Source: Camelus ferus
Lineage: Eukaryota
DNA length: 64,000 nucleotides
NCBI RefSeq assembly: GCF_009834535.1
Contig: NC_045697.1
Coordinates: 73,844,001-73,908,000, forward strand
Reading direction: 5' to 3'
Shown here: positions 13,391 through 24,781 of the stretch, piece after piece
Position numbering within the stretch: the stretch's first letter is position 1
How the letters are laid out: each line of letters starts with the position of its first letter
Position numbers and translations under genes: made by a program
The notes under the pieces: model-generated
What the model saw: only the letters and a program-made list of their open reading frames with translations
The model's database searches: none
Told to the model about the DNA's origin: nothing

Positions 13391-16300
13391 CAGAAGAATT
13401 GGGTAGTGAAACTATTCTGTAATATACTATAAAGTGGATATATGTCCTTATATATCTGTCAAAACTCATAGAATGTACAATATCAAGAGTGAACCCTAAT
13501 GTCAACTATGGACCTAGGGTGATAATGATGCGATAATGATGCGTCAGTGTAGGCTGCTCAGCTGTAACAAATGCACCACTTGGGAAAGGGATGTTCACAG
13601 TGGGGGGAGGTTATACATGTGTGTGGATGGAAGTATGGCAAACCACTGAACTTTCTGCTAAATTTTAGAGTGAACCTAAATCTGCTCTAAAAAGTAAATT
13701 TTAATTTTAAAAAATGTAAAGCAACCTGAAAAAACCATGAAAAGAAAATAAGCTAGACAGTAAGAGTATTTTCTGTTTCTCCTTTGGGTGGCTGCAGTGT
13801 TTCACTCCAAGTCCTCTATTGACACTTGGTTTTTCAACCTGAGGTTAAGGAAGTAACCTAATCTCCTTCTTAATTGACTCATAATCCTATTTGCAATGAA
13901 CAGTTAGCACCAGTCCTTCATAAGAAAGGTGAGTGGAGGAGGGGTAGGGGTTGTTCACAAGGCCGTCAGCAGGCGAGCTTCACTCAGTGCCCATGAGACG
14001 TCAGAGGCTATGAGCCAAATTCATGTACCTACAGACTCTGTGCCTTTTCCCAGAGTATTGAAGATGAAAAAGTCTTGTTTGGTTTTATGTGAGGATTTCT
14101 CTCCTCATCACTCCTCAATAAATGAAGGATATATATCCTCTTCATTTAGGAAATGAGTGCTTATCATAGAAAGTTATATTTAGCCAGCTGTTACACTTAG
14201 ATGATTTATGTCACCTCTGACCTGCTTTCTGATAAAGCATGACTTCATTCATGGCTCTGGAGATGACCTGTGTACAATGACCCGGCATAAACCTAGAGTG
14301 TTAAATCATTTTAGTGACAGTTGTTGGAGAGAAGATTGACATCCCACTCTGAGTGTCTGCAGTGAGGTTCTGTAAAGCAGCTGCATTCCTAGTGAGACCT
14401 GGTTAAGTTCATCCCAGTATTAGGTTCTTCGGTATTACTCATCTTTCTCAGAAGGAAAGAGGTTCTTCTAGCATGCAGAGTATCTGGCTTTTAATGGCTG
14501 CCAAGCTGAGAGAACATGCATATACTAGTGGTTGCTCATTTGTTTGTTTCCCTTCTCATCTTTTACTGACTCATTCTTGAAGGTTAGAGTATCTATGCCT
14601 TTCTGGTCAGCTGACAATTGACCTTTCTTAGATATGACACGCTTACATCTCCAAGTATAAGGAGTTAATGTTCCAGTTGTCATTTAGCTGCTCATCCCCT
14701 CAGAGTCCATGATGAATCAAGACATCTAGTATTGATTTCCACAGCCTGTCAGCCTGAGTCAGCTTGGCCCAAAAGGCCTTCCCCAGACATCCTTCTCTAA
14801 AGGCAGAGTCACCTGCTCCTTTTTTCCCCAAACTCCAAGCTCAATGATGGTTTTGAAATGGTGATTTTAGTCTTTCACTGTCTAAAAATACTGCCACACA
14901 TTCCAAAACCTCAGTCATTAATACATAGATGAAAGTAACATGTTCTCACATTCCTGCTCTCATACTTGCACATGTATAAAATATGTGCACACATGTTCTG
15001 TAATTACTGAGCTCTTTTGTTTTAAAATATATAGTTTCTTTGTTTTACAAGGGAGCTAGCTTATATTGATTTATTTTAGAGCTTAGTTTTTACACTCTGG
15101 GATATCATGACACTCCAAAAAAAAAAAAAAGTTCTGAAATTTAAATATTCTCCACCATTTACCTGTCTATCCCATCATCACAAATAGTATTTTACATTTT
15201 TATTGATATTGCCCTTATTGTCATTCTTTATAACTCCAGTCTTCATATTTATTCCTCTGTGTTCAAGTTGCTTTCCCTACCTCCTGTCCTACTTTAATTT
15301 TCATTCCTCGCTTGCCTCTACCAAAGTAAGTTTAAAAATAGCCTCTGGTGCCATTAATCATTATTATTATGCTCATTTCTATTTCTACCTAGAATGTTTT
15401 AAAGCCCTTAACAAAGTTTCCATTATTCAGTCCTCCTTTCTAAGCTATGACCTGTGTACTCTTTGGCCAAGTCTTTATGTTATTTTCCTTTTTGGAGTGT
15501 ATGTTGTGTGTGTGTGTTTCTGTGTGGTCATGGTTTATAAACTCTCAAATTAGTCACAATTACTATTCTTTCAGAGGAGTTTTTTCTTCTTGGGAGTTTC
15601 TCGATGATTTTCACTTTGTCATGTGATGAAAAATGTGTGACAAAGAACTGTAGCAAAATAGTACTTTCCTACTTGCTTGCACTCTTCCGTTTTAGACGAA
15701 CTGGTAGTTGACAACCAACTCTTCTATTATTTTGGTTTCTACAACACTGAGGTTGCTAGGTGATTTTAATCCCTTTCAACAAGAGAACAGTCAACAACAA
15801 CAATAAATTCCTGTTCTCTTGATATTTGTATATTTCACCTAGAAGAAGTAGCAAATAAAAAATGATATAAAGCATTTTTTTAAATGTGCAGTTCTATATG
15901 GACCACATCCTACATCTCTGGAACATGGCATCACATACTTTTTAATTATGCTGCCATTTCCTCAACATTATGATCTGCTTGTTCTTAAGAAATCAACTTC
16001 TAAGCAATGGTAGGTGTACTCCACCTCCAGGAAATATTTGAAAATCCATTTTAATTTGAAAATGATAATTTTACGAAAATACTATATCGAAATTTTGTTA
16101 TTAAAGTATCTATTTGGATTTCTCAGTTATTTATATGACTTCCAGTCTTAAGTGTGATCGAATATACAGCTACTTATACTAAACATTTTCTTTATTTAGG
16201 GAAAAGTGTATTTACATTCTGTCATCCTGGTCATGACCTGAAAGTTTAACCTTATATTTTAGTTTTTAAATAAGTTAAAAAGTCACAAACATTTTACATA

Positions 16301-17770
16301 ATTTTCATGTATAATTTTAAAAATTAAAAAGAACCTTTCATCTTTAAGTTTTATTACTTCCATCAAATTTTCTTCATGATGTTTCTTTCTAGCTGCTGCC
16401 AAAGTTAATAGTTACATTTTCTCTAATAACAAGCGGTATTTTAACAATTGCTGAATGCCTTTTTAAAAAAACTCCCTTATTTAAGATTCATACAAGCAAC
16501 CAGAGTTGGTATGCAGCAGGAAAACATGAGTGTGGCTGTGCTGATGGTTGCTGAAATATTTCTGAGGTAGCCAGAGAATTCTGCTGCACTAAGATACTGT
16601 AGCTCCCGCTCCATGACTCCCTGGACCTCCCCACAATCCTGCAGCTAAAATAATAATGTGTGGCCCGTAGGTGGCCCCTAGGACCTTCCTCCCTCACTAT
16701 GACCCATGTTTGACGTGCCAGCTGTTAAATATTTTGATTACCACTCATGTATAGCAAGAGGGTCATAATTTATTTATCTTAACTTGATGTTTGCTGAACT
16801 GTTTTTAGGAATACCTTATGGTACAAATATTTTCTGTCATGTTAGTGACACTTCCCATTTTGTAAAATGCATAATTTGTCTTTTAACAATCCAGGTAAAA
16901 AGTAAACATAACTAGAGTTTTCCTAAATATTCTGAAATATTTTCTATGTACTTTAAGGAGAAAGATAAAATTAGAATCTTTGGGAAATTTGTGTTTTCCA
17001 GTCACCTTCCTTTGCCTTTTTATTGGAAGTAAAGTTTGATGAAATTTCCTTGTTTACATTTTTAGAATGAAAAATGTAGACAGTATTATAACTGAAGTAA
17101 TATTGGTTTTAAAAAATAGTGATGTATCAAACATTGGCAGTTTTATAGTATAAAATTTCATTTTATACACAGTTTGTTATCAAGCATTAGAGATGTTCTC
17201 ACTGATCCTTTGGTGTTCGTATTGATGTTATTAATGTACTGGCTTTAAGCCTTAGTTCATATGACTTGCAGCATCCTTGCAGAGGGTATTCTTTGGGCTA
17301 TAAATAACTTATATAATAATCAATGATTAAAAATTCATTCTTGAAAAATTATTCTTTACTCCTCATCTATCTTAAAGAAATGGTAAGGTGGGGTTAATGT
17401 ACACCTAGTAATTTCCCTAAAATGTAGGAATAATGAATTCATCTTTAAAATATCTTGGTTAATGTTATAGATTTGAAGCAGTTTTTTGTAAAGCTCTCAC
17501 AGTCTACCATGTTATTGATCCTCTATCTATGGCTGTTAAAAGTGGATGTAGCTGTTCAATCTAAATGAACCATAGTAGTAGCCTCATTACTCTGAAAAAT
17601 TTAATATGTCACCTCATAATATTGTATTACCAAATCTAAAGGCACAGGATACTTATCGTAGAAGAATTTTTTTGAACTCAGTAAGCATTGTGGCTATTAG
17701 TTTACAGTTACCTTAAATTATAGTACAATTGAAGGATTATTCGTTGTAAAAGTTTTAATACTGAATGAGT

Positions 17771-17874
17771 TTATTTATTTATTGCCTTTTTAAAAACACA
17801 TTTATCATAGTATGTTTCCTGTACAGTAAAGTATACATATTTCAAATGTATAATTTGATGAATTTTGATAGATG
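17771..17874 (-). mobile_element. Very short LINE-1 3' fragment (L1MB-like) with TSD
   Basis: 'cagtaaagtatacatatttcaaatgtataatttgatgaattttgatagatg', flanked by identical 'taatactgaatgagt' at 17756-17770 and 17875-17889. Confidence 0.7.
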
Positions 17875-18685
17875 TAATACTGAATGAGTATATTTAAATT
17901 GGGATAATCCTACCAGTATAATTTTGCTTGTGTTTTTACACTGTATTTATCTGTGTAATAACTCTTTTTCTTATACATGTATTTGTTCCATCTGTATCGA
18001 ATTAGATGGTATCTAAGTCATAGAATCATAATGCCTTAAACGCCATAAAGTCTGGTTTGGGAAGAGATAATACAATTCGACATATTATAGACTTCTCTAA
18101 TCCTCAGTTTCTTTAAGTGCTTGGCTCAAGGTCATGCTGCTGTGGAGGATTAGCGGCAGAATTAGAACCTGAGCTGGAGTTATTCTTTGGTTATCTCTCT
18201 TACCTTCCTACTTCCATAGTTTGCTTATTTGTTTATGGGTGAGAGTTACAGATGAGAAGTTTCTTCTGAGATTCAGCTCGAAACCTAGCTCCTAACAGAA
18301 ACGTTGTCCTGCAGTCAGCCATTTAAATACAGTCACCAATAATGAAAGTTCCTTGTGTGGAGAAAAAGGAAATAACAGATGAACTACTGAAATCAGGGCA
18401 CACACTTTTCTTCACCTCTTTCCTCTTCTTTGCCCTCTTCTTCTCCTCCACTACATGGAATTTCTAGAGGAGATCCCCAAAATGCTTGGATGTTGGGAAT
18501 GGCAATTCTGTTGCAGAGAATTATGTTTCCTGTTTTAGTGGATGAAAAATAAACTATATCCTCTACTGGCTTTTCAGAGTTAAGACACTGGGCACACCTC
18601 CACTTGCTTATGATAGCCTTGTCTCTGACCAAAGAGGTCAAATATTGGCAAGTGTTAAGAGTGTCACAGAAATGTTTGCTTTTCA

Positions 18686-18918
18686 CACTATGGAAAACAA
18701 TTCCTTTAAAAACTACAAATAGAGTTACCATTTGATCCAGCAATTCCACTCCTGGGCATATATCCAGAAAAGACAAAAACTCTAATTAAAGAAGATACAT
18801 GCATCCCATTGTTCATAGTAGCACTGTTCACAATAGCCGAGACATGGAAGCAACCTAAATGTTTATCAACAGATGAATGCAAAAAGATGTGATATATTAT
18901 GTGTATATATGGATGTGT

Positions 18919-18969
<51 letters not shown>

Positions 18970-19390
18970 GGAGTATTACTCAGCCATAAAAAATGAAACA
19001 TTGCCATTTGCAGCAACATGGAGGGGCCTAGAGATGATCATACTAAGTGAAGTAAGTCAGGTAGAGAAAGACAGATATTACATGATATCACTTATATGTG
19101 AAATCTAAAATAATAATAATAATAATACAAATGAACTTATTTACAAAACAGAGGCAAACTCACAAAGAAAACAAACTTACAGTTACCAAAGGGGAAAGGG
19201 GAAGGGGAGGGATAAATTAGGAGTATGAGATTAATATATACACACTGCTATACTTAAAATAGATAAACAACAAGGATTTACTGTATAGCACATGAAACTA
19301 TATTCAGTATCTTGTAATGAAAAAGAATATGAAGCCATACACCTGAAACGAACAGGATATTATAAATCAACTCTAGTTAAATAAGAAAAA
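18686..19390 (+). mobile_element. LINE-1 3' end (ORF2 C-terminus and 3'UTR), 5'-truncated
   Basis: 'agagttaccatttgatccagcaattccactcctgggcatatatccag'. ORF 18899-19108 contains 'MEYYSAIKNE..PFAATW..LE.IILSEVSQ'. Imperfect TSD 'agaaatgtttgcttttca' (18668-18685) / 'agaaaaagtttgcatttca' (19384-19402). Confidence 0.92.
18921..18967. repeat. (AC)n microsatellite, about 23 units, inside an L1
   Basis: Uninterrupted AC run read directly from the sequence. Confidence 0.97.
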
Positions 19391-19718
19391 GTTTGCATTT
19401 CAGATGCAAGAATTTACATGTACTTTTTCTGCTTGAATTTTACTCAGTATGTTCTTTTACTGTGGATTTGCCATCTTGGTTTTTAAAAAATATCTACTCC
19501 CTCATAACTTTTGTTTCTGGGAGGTATGTAAATGGATCTGGTAATATATTCACAGTGTCCAGTGAATTTATACCTGTACCTCTACATTTCTGTGTTTGGT
19601 TCTTAATTTCTTTGTGCAATGGAAATGCTATGTCAGTTTATAACTGCTGCCTAATATTTCAGCTTCGTTTGGCAATTTTAGTTCTGTAAAGGCTGTTCAT
19701 TAGAAGCAAGCTTGTCTG

Positions 19719-19760
19719 GTGTGTGTGTGTGTGTGTGTATGCATATATACACATACACAC
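19719..19760. repeat. Short (GT)n / (AC)n compound microsatellite
   Basis: 'gtgtgtgtgtgtgtgtgtgtatgcatatatacacatacacac'. Confidence 0.8.
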
Positions 19761-21789
19761 ATATTTTATCTTAGTGGAATTTGTTCTGTAAATGCTTACT
19801 GAATGTTTCTTTGGAGTCACCACTTTGTCTTAGGAAGCACAGAGAGTAAATATGTATAAGGATTTCCTTTAGTTTTCCTCTTAGATCTTTAACTACTGTA
19901 GTGATTTTTTTTTAAGCATTAATAGAACAGCCCATTGCTGCCAAGTAGCCGACATCCTGAAATAGCACTTCCCTTTGGGCACCTTACAGTTGGGATCATT
20001 TACTTGTGGAGAGAGGGAGCGAGATGGGTAGAGAATGAGCATGTGTATGTGCTTGTGCGTGGTGGGGGCTGGGGAGAAGGGCAGAGGAGAACTGACTCCT
20101 GGGGATGTCCTGCTGAGGTCAGTAACCTGCTGTTCAGGGAACTTCCAGTCTGACCCCATTTAGACCTGGAGGAGGATCACATGGACAGGGAAGCAGCATG
20201 ACAGCAGGAAGGAAACACCCATTGCTGGGAAGCTTTGAAGAGACCTGCAATGAGGGGGGACGAATAGCGCACACGGGAAAGGAAGGACTAGATCCAGCAG
20301 ATTAAACATAGTGCCCTGTTTGTGATGGAAGTATTTAATGACTTGATCAGTGGAGGATCCATCGACTGAAAGGAGAATGTATTGAAGGCCCCAAAGGAAG
20401 ATGTTTGCACACAATGAATAGCAGGCATTGATATATATGCATGTCTATAGGTAGAGTAACTGGTTTGTAAAGAGAAGTTTTGTTTCATTTTTGAAGGAAA
20501 ATATCCGCTTCTAGGGTTTGAAATATAGAATAACTTACCTTTCACCAAACTGAAATGTATTCTTCATCGACTCTCCTACAAGCTGGTGGAGGCTGTGAAG
20601 CACGGTGGATAAGAGCACAGCTCTGGAGGCCTGCCACCCACAAAGTGTGCGCTAAGGGACAGGACTGATCGTGGTTTGAAGACTAAGTAACTCAGAATGC
20701 ATTCAGTAAAGAACAAATTGCAGAAAGATACTATCCTTTTAAAACACAGTGAATAGTTGATGAAGGTAAAATTACCAGAATAAGCTTTAATTTAGGGAAG
20801 CAAAAGAAAAATCTGTGTTGGAACCACATTATCCTCAGAAAGATTGTGATTTTGACCGTGAGGTTTATTTCATTCAATTGAACATGTGGATGTGTGTGTG
20901 AGAGCGAGAGCATTTAAACATGCTCACAGGCTTTCATTCTTACATTTCCCTCCTTTTGTCTCTGTGACTCTTACCCTAACCTGCTGTCTTTTGCAGCAGT
21001 TGCCCTTCATGTTTTTTTCTGTTTTTCCTTCTGAGTGATTTTGTTCTTATCATCTCAGTGTATCAGAGGGAAAACTCAATGTATAAGCAGACTGACAGTG
21101 TTGCAAACTTTCTTTGAGACTGTTTACAACAGCACCCTAAGTAGTATTGATACCCAGAGCACGTGAGTCATCACTGTATTGATGCCTGAATATTACCACG
21201 TTGGAGACTTTCCCAACCGGACAAAGCCAGGATCACTGACCACTGAGGAACTGTGTTCTAATGAGAGCCTTGTGGTCTCTTACAGGTGTACATTCTGTAT
21301 GTTGAGATGGCCTTGCTTTACAAGGGGGCTGTCTGGGGCACAGAAAACTGGAACTTCACGTTCTCCTTGATAATTTGCCAGGTTGGTTTCCAGCCAATCA
21401 GATAACTGCTTGTGGTGACACTCATTTCTCCAGGACCCCCCATCTTGTGCCAGCCCTTAGAGAGCGGTCGCACTAAGCCTGCTCACACCATTCTGAGCCA
21501 AGGGCACCGCTGTCCTGAATGCCCCCCAGTATAGATAAAAGTCCAATCCAAAAATCCAACACTGAGTTCCAATAAAACTCTGAGTGTAAAGAATACATTA
21601 CCCATTTGGGGTTTGTATTACTATTTTAAACAGAAAACAGGAAGACAAGTGTTTCCTTCCTTTCTCAATGTTTGGTCACTAAGTTACTAAACCCAGCCTT
21701 AGGAATCTAAGCATATACAGACGGTGACCCTCTTCTAGTCCTAATAATGCTGCTTTGATCTTTTCTAAAATCATTAAGTATTTCATTGT

Positions 21790-22120
21790 TTCCCACCCTA
21801 AGCTGAACTTTACCTGTCTGCTGATTATTTATTTGAAATGCATAGATTCCTCAAAAACATCACATCAAAAATATATTCTGTCATGTCAAATTCCTTTATA
21901 GAATTGTCTCTGATTAATACCATCATCCATCCAGATAGCCAAATTCAAAGCTTTATCACTATAATTGACTTTCTTTTTCTCCCTACATCTAGAGTGTTAC
22001 TAATATCCACTCATTTCTCAACCAGTAATATTTCCCTGCTTGATCATTTTATTTCATTTCCTCTGACACCCTCTTATTCAGAATTACACTTTATATCTGA
22101 ACTACTGCAACAATGAATCA
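21790..22120 (+). mobile_element. LINE-2 fragment
   Basis: 'attcctcaaaaacatcacatcaaaa...taataccatcatccatccagatagccaaattcaaagcttt...ttgactttctttttctccct'. Confidence 0.55.
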
Positions 22121-22149
22121 TAACCCCTAAGTATTCTACTTCATTACTC

Positions 22150-23305
22150 CCACTAGGATGGCTTTAAAAAAATAGAGAATAACAAGTGTTAGTGAGGGTG
22201 TGGAAAAATTGGAATCCCCATACAGCAATCCTCATATTGCTGATGGGAATGTAAAATGGCACAGAGACTTTGTAAAAACAGTCTGGCAGTTTCTCAAAAG
22301 GTTAAACATAGAATTATCATATGATCTAGTGATTTCCACCCCCTAGGAATTCTACTCCCAAGAGAACTGAAAACATATATCCATACAAAAATTTATAAAC
22401 AATGAACACCTATGTTGAAAGCAGCATTATTGATAATATCCTAGAGGTGGAAGCAATCTGTGTCTCTCAACAGATACATAGAAAAACAAAAGGTGGCATA
22501 TACATATAATGCAATACTGTCCTACCTTAAAAAGGAGGGAAATCTGACACGTTACAACATGGATGAATCTTGAAGACATTATGCTAAGTGAAATAAACCA
22601 GTCACAGAAGGATAAATATGATTCTGCTTATATAAGGTACCTAGAATAGTCAAATTCCTAGAGACAAAGTAGAATGGTGGTTGTCAGGGACTTGGGAGAG
22701 GGGAAAATGGGGAGTTATTTAATGGGTACAGAGTTTGGTTTTCAGAAAATGAAAAAGCTCTAGAGATGGATGGTGGTGATGGTTGCACCACAATGTGAGT
22801 GTGCTTAATGCCACTTAAAATGTGGTTAAAATAGTACATTTTATGTTTACATATATTTTACCATAATAGAGAAAGATTTATAAATTAATGTCCATAGTAG
22901 CATTCTTTATAATACCCCAAATACGCATCATGGATAGATAGAGTATGGTGTATCTGTGGGGTGGGACACTGTTCTGCTGTAAAAAGGAATGAAGTACTGA
23001 TACATATTAAAACACAGGTGAAGCTTGAAAACAATGCTCAGTGAAAGAAATCAAAACCAAAAAGCCAACTTTTTCATGATTCCATGTATTTGAAATCTCC
23101 AGAATAGGCAAATCCACAAAAACTGAAAGTTGATTAGGTGGAGGAGGGATGAAGGAAGACTGGATTTATTTTGGGAGTGATGAAATTGTTCTGGAATTTG
23201 GTAGTGGCGATCATGGCACAACTTTTTGAATATACTGAACCCACAGAATTATATGCTTCAAAAGAATGAATTTTATGGTGTATGAATTATATCTCAATTT
23301 AAAAA
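22150..23305 (+). mobile_element. L1MB-type 3' ends; one copy (about 22410-22870) apparently nested in another
   Basis: 'cccactaggatggct...aataacaagtgtt' and 'acaacatggatgaatcttgaagacattatgctaagtgaaataaaccagtcacag'. The 'gcagcattatt..ataat' segment and the 3' terminus both occur twice, ending at about 22870 and 23305. Confidence 0.85.
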
Positions 23306-23349
23306 ACCCTAAATCTTAATACATGACTTATATGATGCCATGTTGCTAG

Positions 23350-23530
23350 AGAAACAGCACGTCCCAGTCTCAGCTTACTATTTCTAGCTATGCAACTTCG
23401 AGAAAATTAAGTGATCTCCCTTCTGACTCCGTAAAATAGGAATAATAATAACTACCTCTCCAGATGTTTGTGTTGAATGAGTGAACATACGCAGTGCTTC
23501 TAGCACAGTGTCTGGCGTTTACTAAGAGCC
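23350..23530 (+). mobile_element. MIR SINE
   Basis: 'cccagtctcagcttacta tttctagctatgcaactt...gtaaaataggaataataataactacctctccag...cttctagcacagtgtctggc'. Confidence 0.8.
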
Positions 23531-23799
23531 CAGTAAATTTACCAAGACCTCCCGGGACATGAGCCTTCAGCAGCTTCCAATACTGTTTCAGATACTGTTT
23601 CCAGATACTCTGGAAAATGGCCCAACTCCTTTGCCATTTTACCCATACTCTTTCCATTCTGGCTCAAAACTGCCTCTCCAAATCCTCCCAGTGCTCCTTT
23701 ATAGAAATCCTTCAATCCAAATGGGCGTTTTAGTCTCCCCCAGTTTGCTTCGCATATTCTTGCAGCTGTGTCTTTCCCAGAAAACAATGCCCTGCCCCT

Positions 23800-24125
23800 C
23801 TTCCTCTTTCTCTGAATTTCACCCTGCCCTTAAAACTCAGAAGAAGCCTTTCCCTGTGTACTAATCTTTCCCCTTATTTCAGTGCATGGTTATCTCTAGT
23901 TTTTGTAGCTCTCAGAATTTTCACTACATCTTTGACCAGTAAAGCTTTAGTTTGGTTATACTTCTAAAGTATTTATGTGATTGTGTGATCTTTTGAAAGT
24001 ATGTGTCCAGCTAAGTTAAAGCCCCCGAGCACAGGGGCCACATGTTATGATGCTTTACCTTTTCCATAGCATTTAGCACATTGCCTTGATATAGTGTATT
24101 GGGAATAAATATTTGCTATTTGTGA
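23800..24125 (+). mobile_element. LINE-2 3' fragment
   Basis: 'aagcccccgagcacaggggccacatg...ccatagcatttagcacattgccttgatatagtg...aataaatatttgc'. Confidence 0.6.
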
Positions 24126-24169
24126 GTTAAGTCAGTGCTGCATCTCAGCACGTACAAGGACTTAACCTA

Positions 24170-24309
24170 GTGACTATCAATCCTAGCTGCACCTTAGAGA
24201 TACCTGGGGAATGAGGCTTCATTTTAGGCCAACAAATGAGACTCTCTGAGCCTGAAGCCTCAGCTTTATCCCCAGGTGATGCTATTATAACCAAGGCTGA
24301 GAACCACTG
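24170..24309. mobile_element. MER5A-like hAT-Charlie DNA transposon fossil
   Basis: 'ctagctgcaccttagagatacctgggga...ccccaggtgatgct...ccaaggctgagaaccactg'. Confidence 0.6.
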
Positions 24310-24636
24310 GATTCAGCAGATGAAGTAATACAAGCCAGTGAGTCTCAAACCTAATTGATGGCCGCAATCAAGATGTGAGGACCACTAATGCAGGCAGAGA
24401 TGCTTTGGATATTGCAAACCGCTCTGCAAATATTAGGCCATATATTATGATGCGGTTGGGCGTTTCACTGCTTTGAGAAAGATCCTCCTGCCCCGAATTT
24501 TTTCGCAGCCAATGGCATGGTGGAAATATCTAATTATAGATGTCTAAAACCTTTAAACTCTGTGCAGTAGCTTTCATACCAGATGTACGTGCCTTTTTGC
24601 TAACTTAAAAATACTCAAACTCTGTGTCTTTTACAG

Positions 24637-24781
24637 GCTGGCCAACATTCAGCAGCAGACCCTCCCGAGACTGTCGGTCGCCCTTGCTCCTGTTGAGCTG
24701 CCACATGTGGAAGCAGGAGATGGGCTCAGCAGCAGCCAGCAGGCCATGATCCAGGAGGAGCAGTGAGGGGCAGAGCTGCTG
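24637..24781 (+). other. Candidate internal exon (145 nt): non-coding, poison, or alternative C-terminal
   Basis: Branch-point 'gctaac' (24599-24604), pyrimidine tract 'ctctgtgtcttttacag|G', donor 'CTG|gtaaga', and a GC-rich body in AT-rich flanks. All three frames contain a stop. Confidence 0.5.

Larger units (their letters stand above)
10378..13715 (+). mobile_element. Internally deleted L1MC-like LINE-1 (5' region, decayed ORF2, 3' end) interrupted by younger L1 insertions
   Basis: GC-richer 5' part at about 10380-10940. Frameshifted ORF2/RT remnants at about 10950-12340, including ORF 11540-11731 'NSFHEASIILVPKLDK' and 'atagatgcagaaaagcatttgacaaaatccaacatc'. L1MC-type 3' end at about 13390-13715: 'agagtgaaccctaatgtcaactatggac...gctgtaacaaatgcaccact'. 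Confidence 0.85.

Noticed and set aside
15613..15750. Box C/D snoRNA (GTGATGA near 15623, CTGA near 15747) and an 8-bp inverted repeat ctttgtca/tgacaaag
   Set aside because: There is no terminal stem joining the boxes and no recognisable rRNA or snRNA antisense element. The motifs are short enough to be chance.
16430..16750. Old hAT/Tip100-like DNA transposon fragment (end resembles 'ccagctgttaaatattttga')
   Set aside because: Only a short terminal resemblance from memory. I could not confirm inverted termini or the family.
20531..20660. Perfect minus-strand donor (AG|GTAAGT, read as 'acttacct' on +)
   Set aside because: There is no matching minus-strand acceptor with a pyrimidine tract at exon-like distance.
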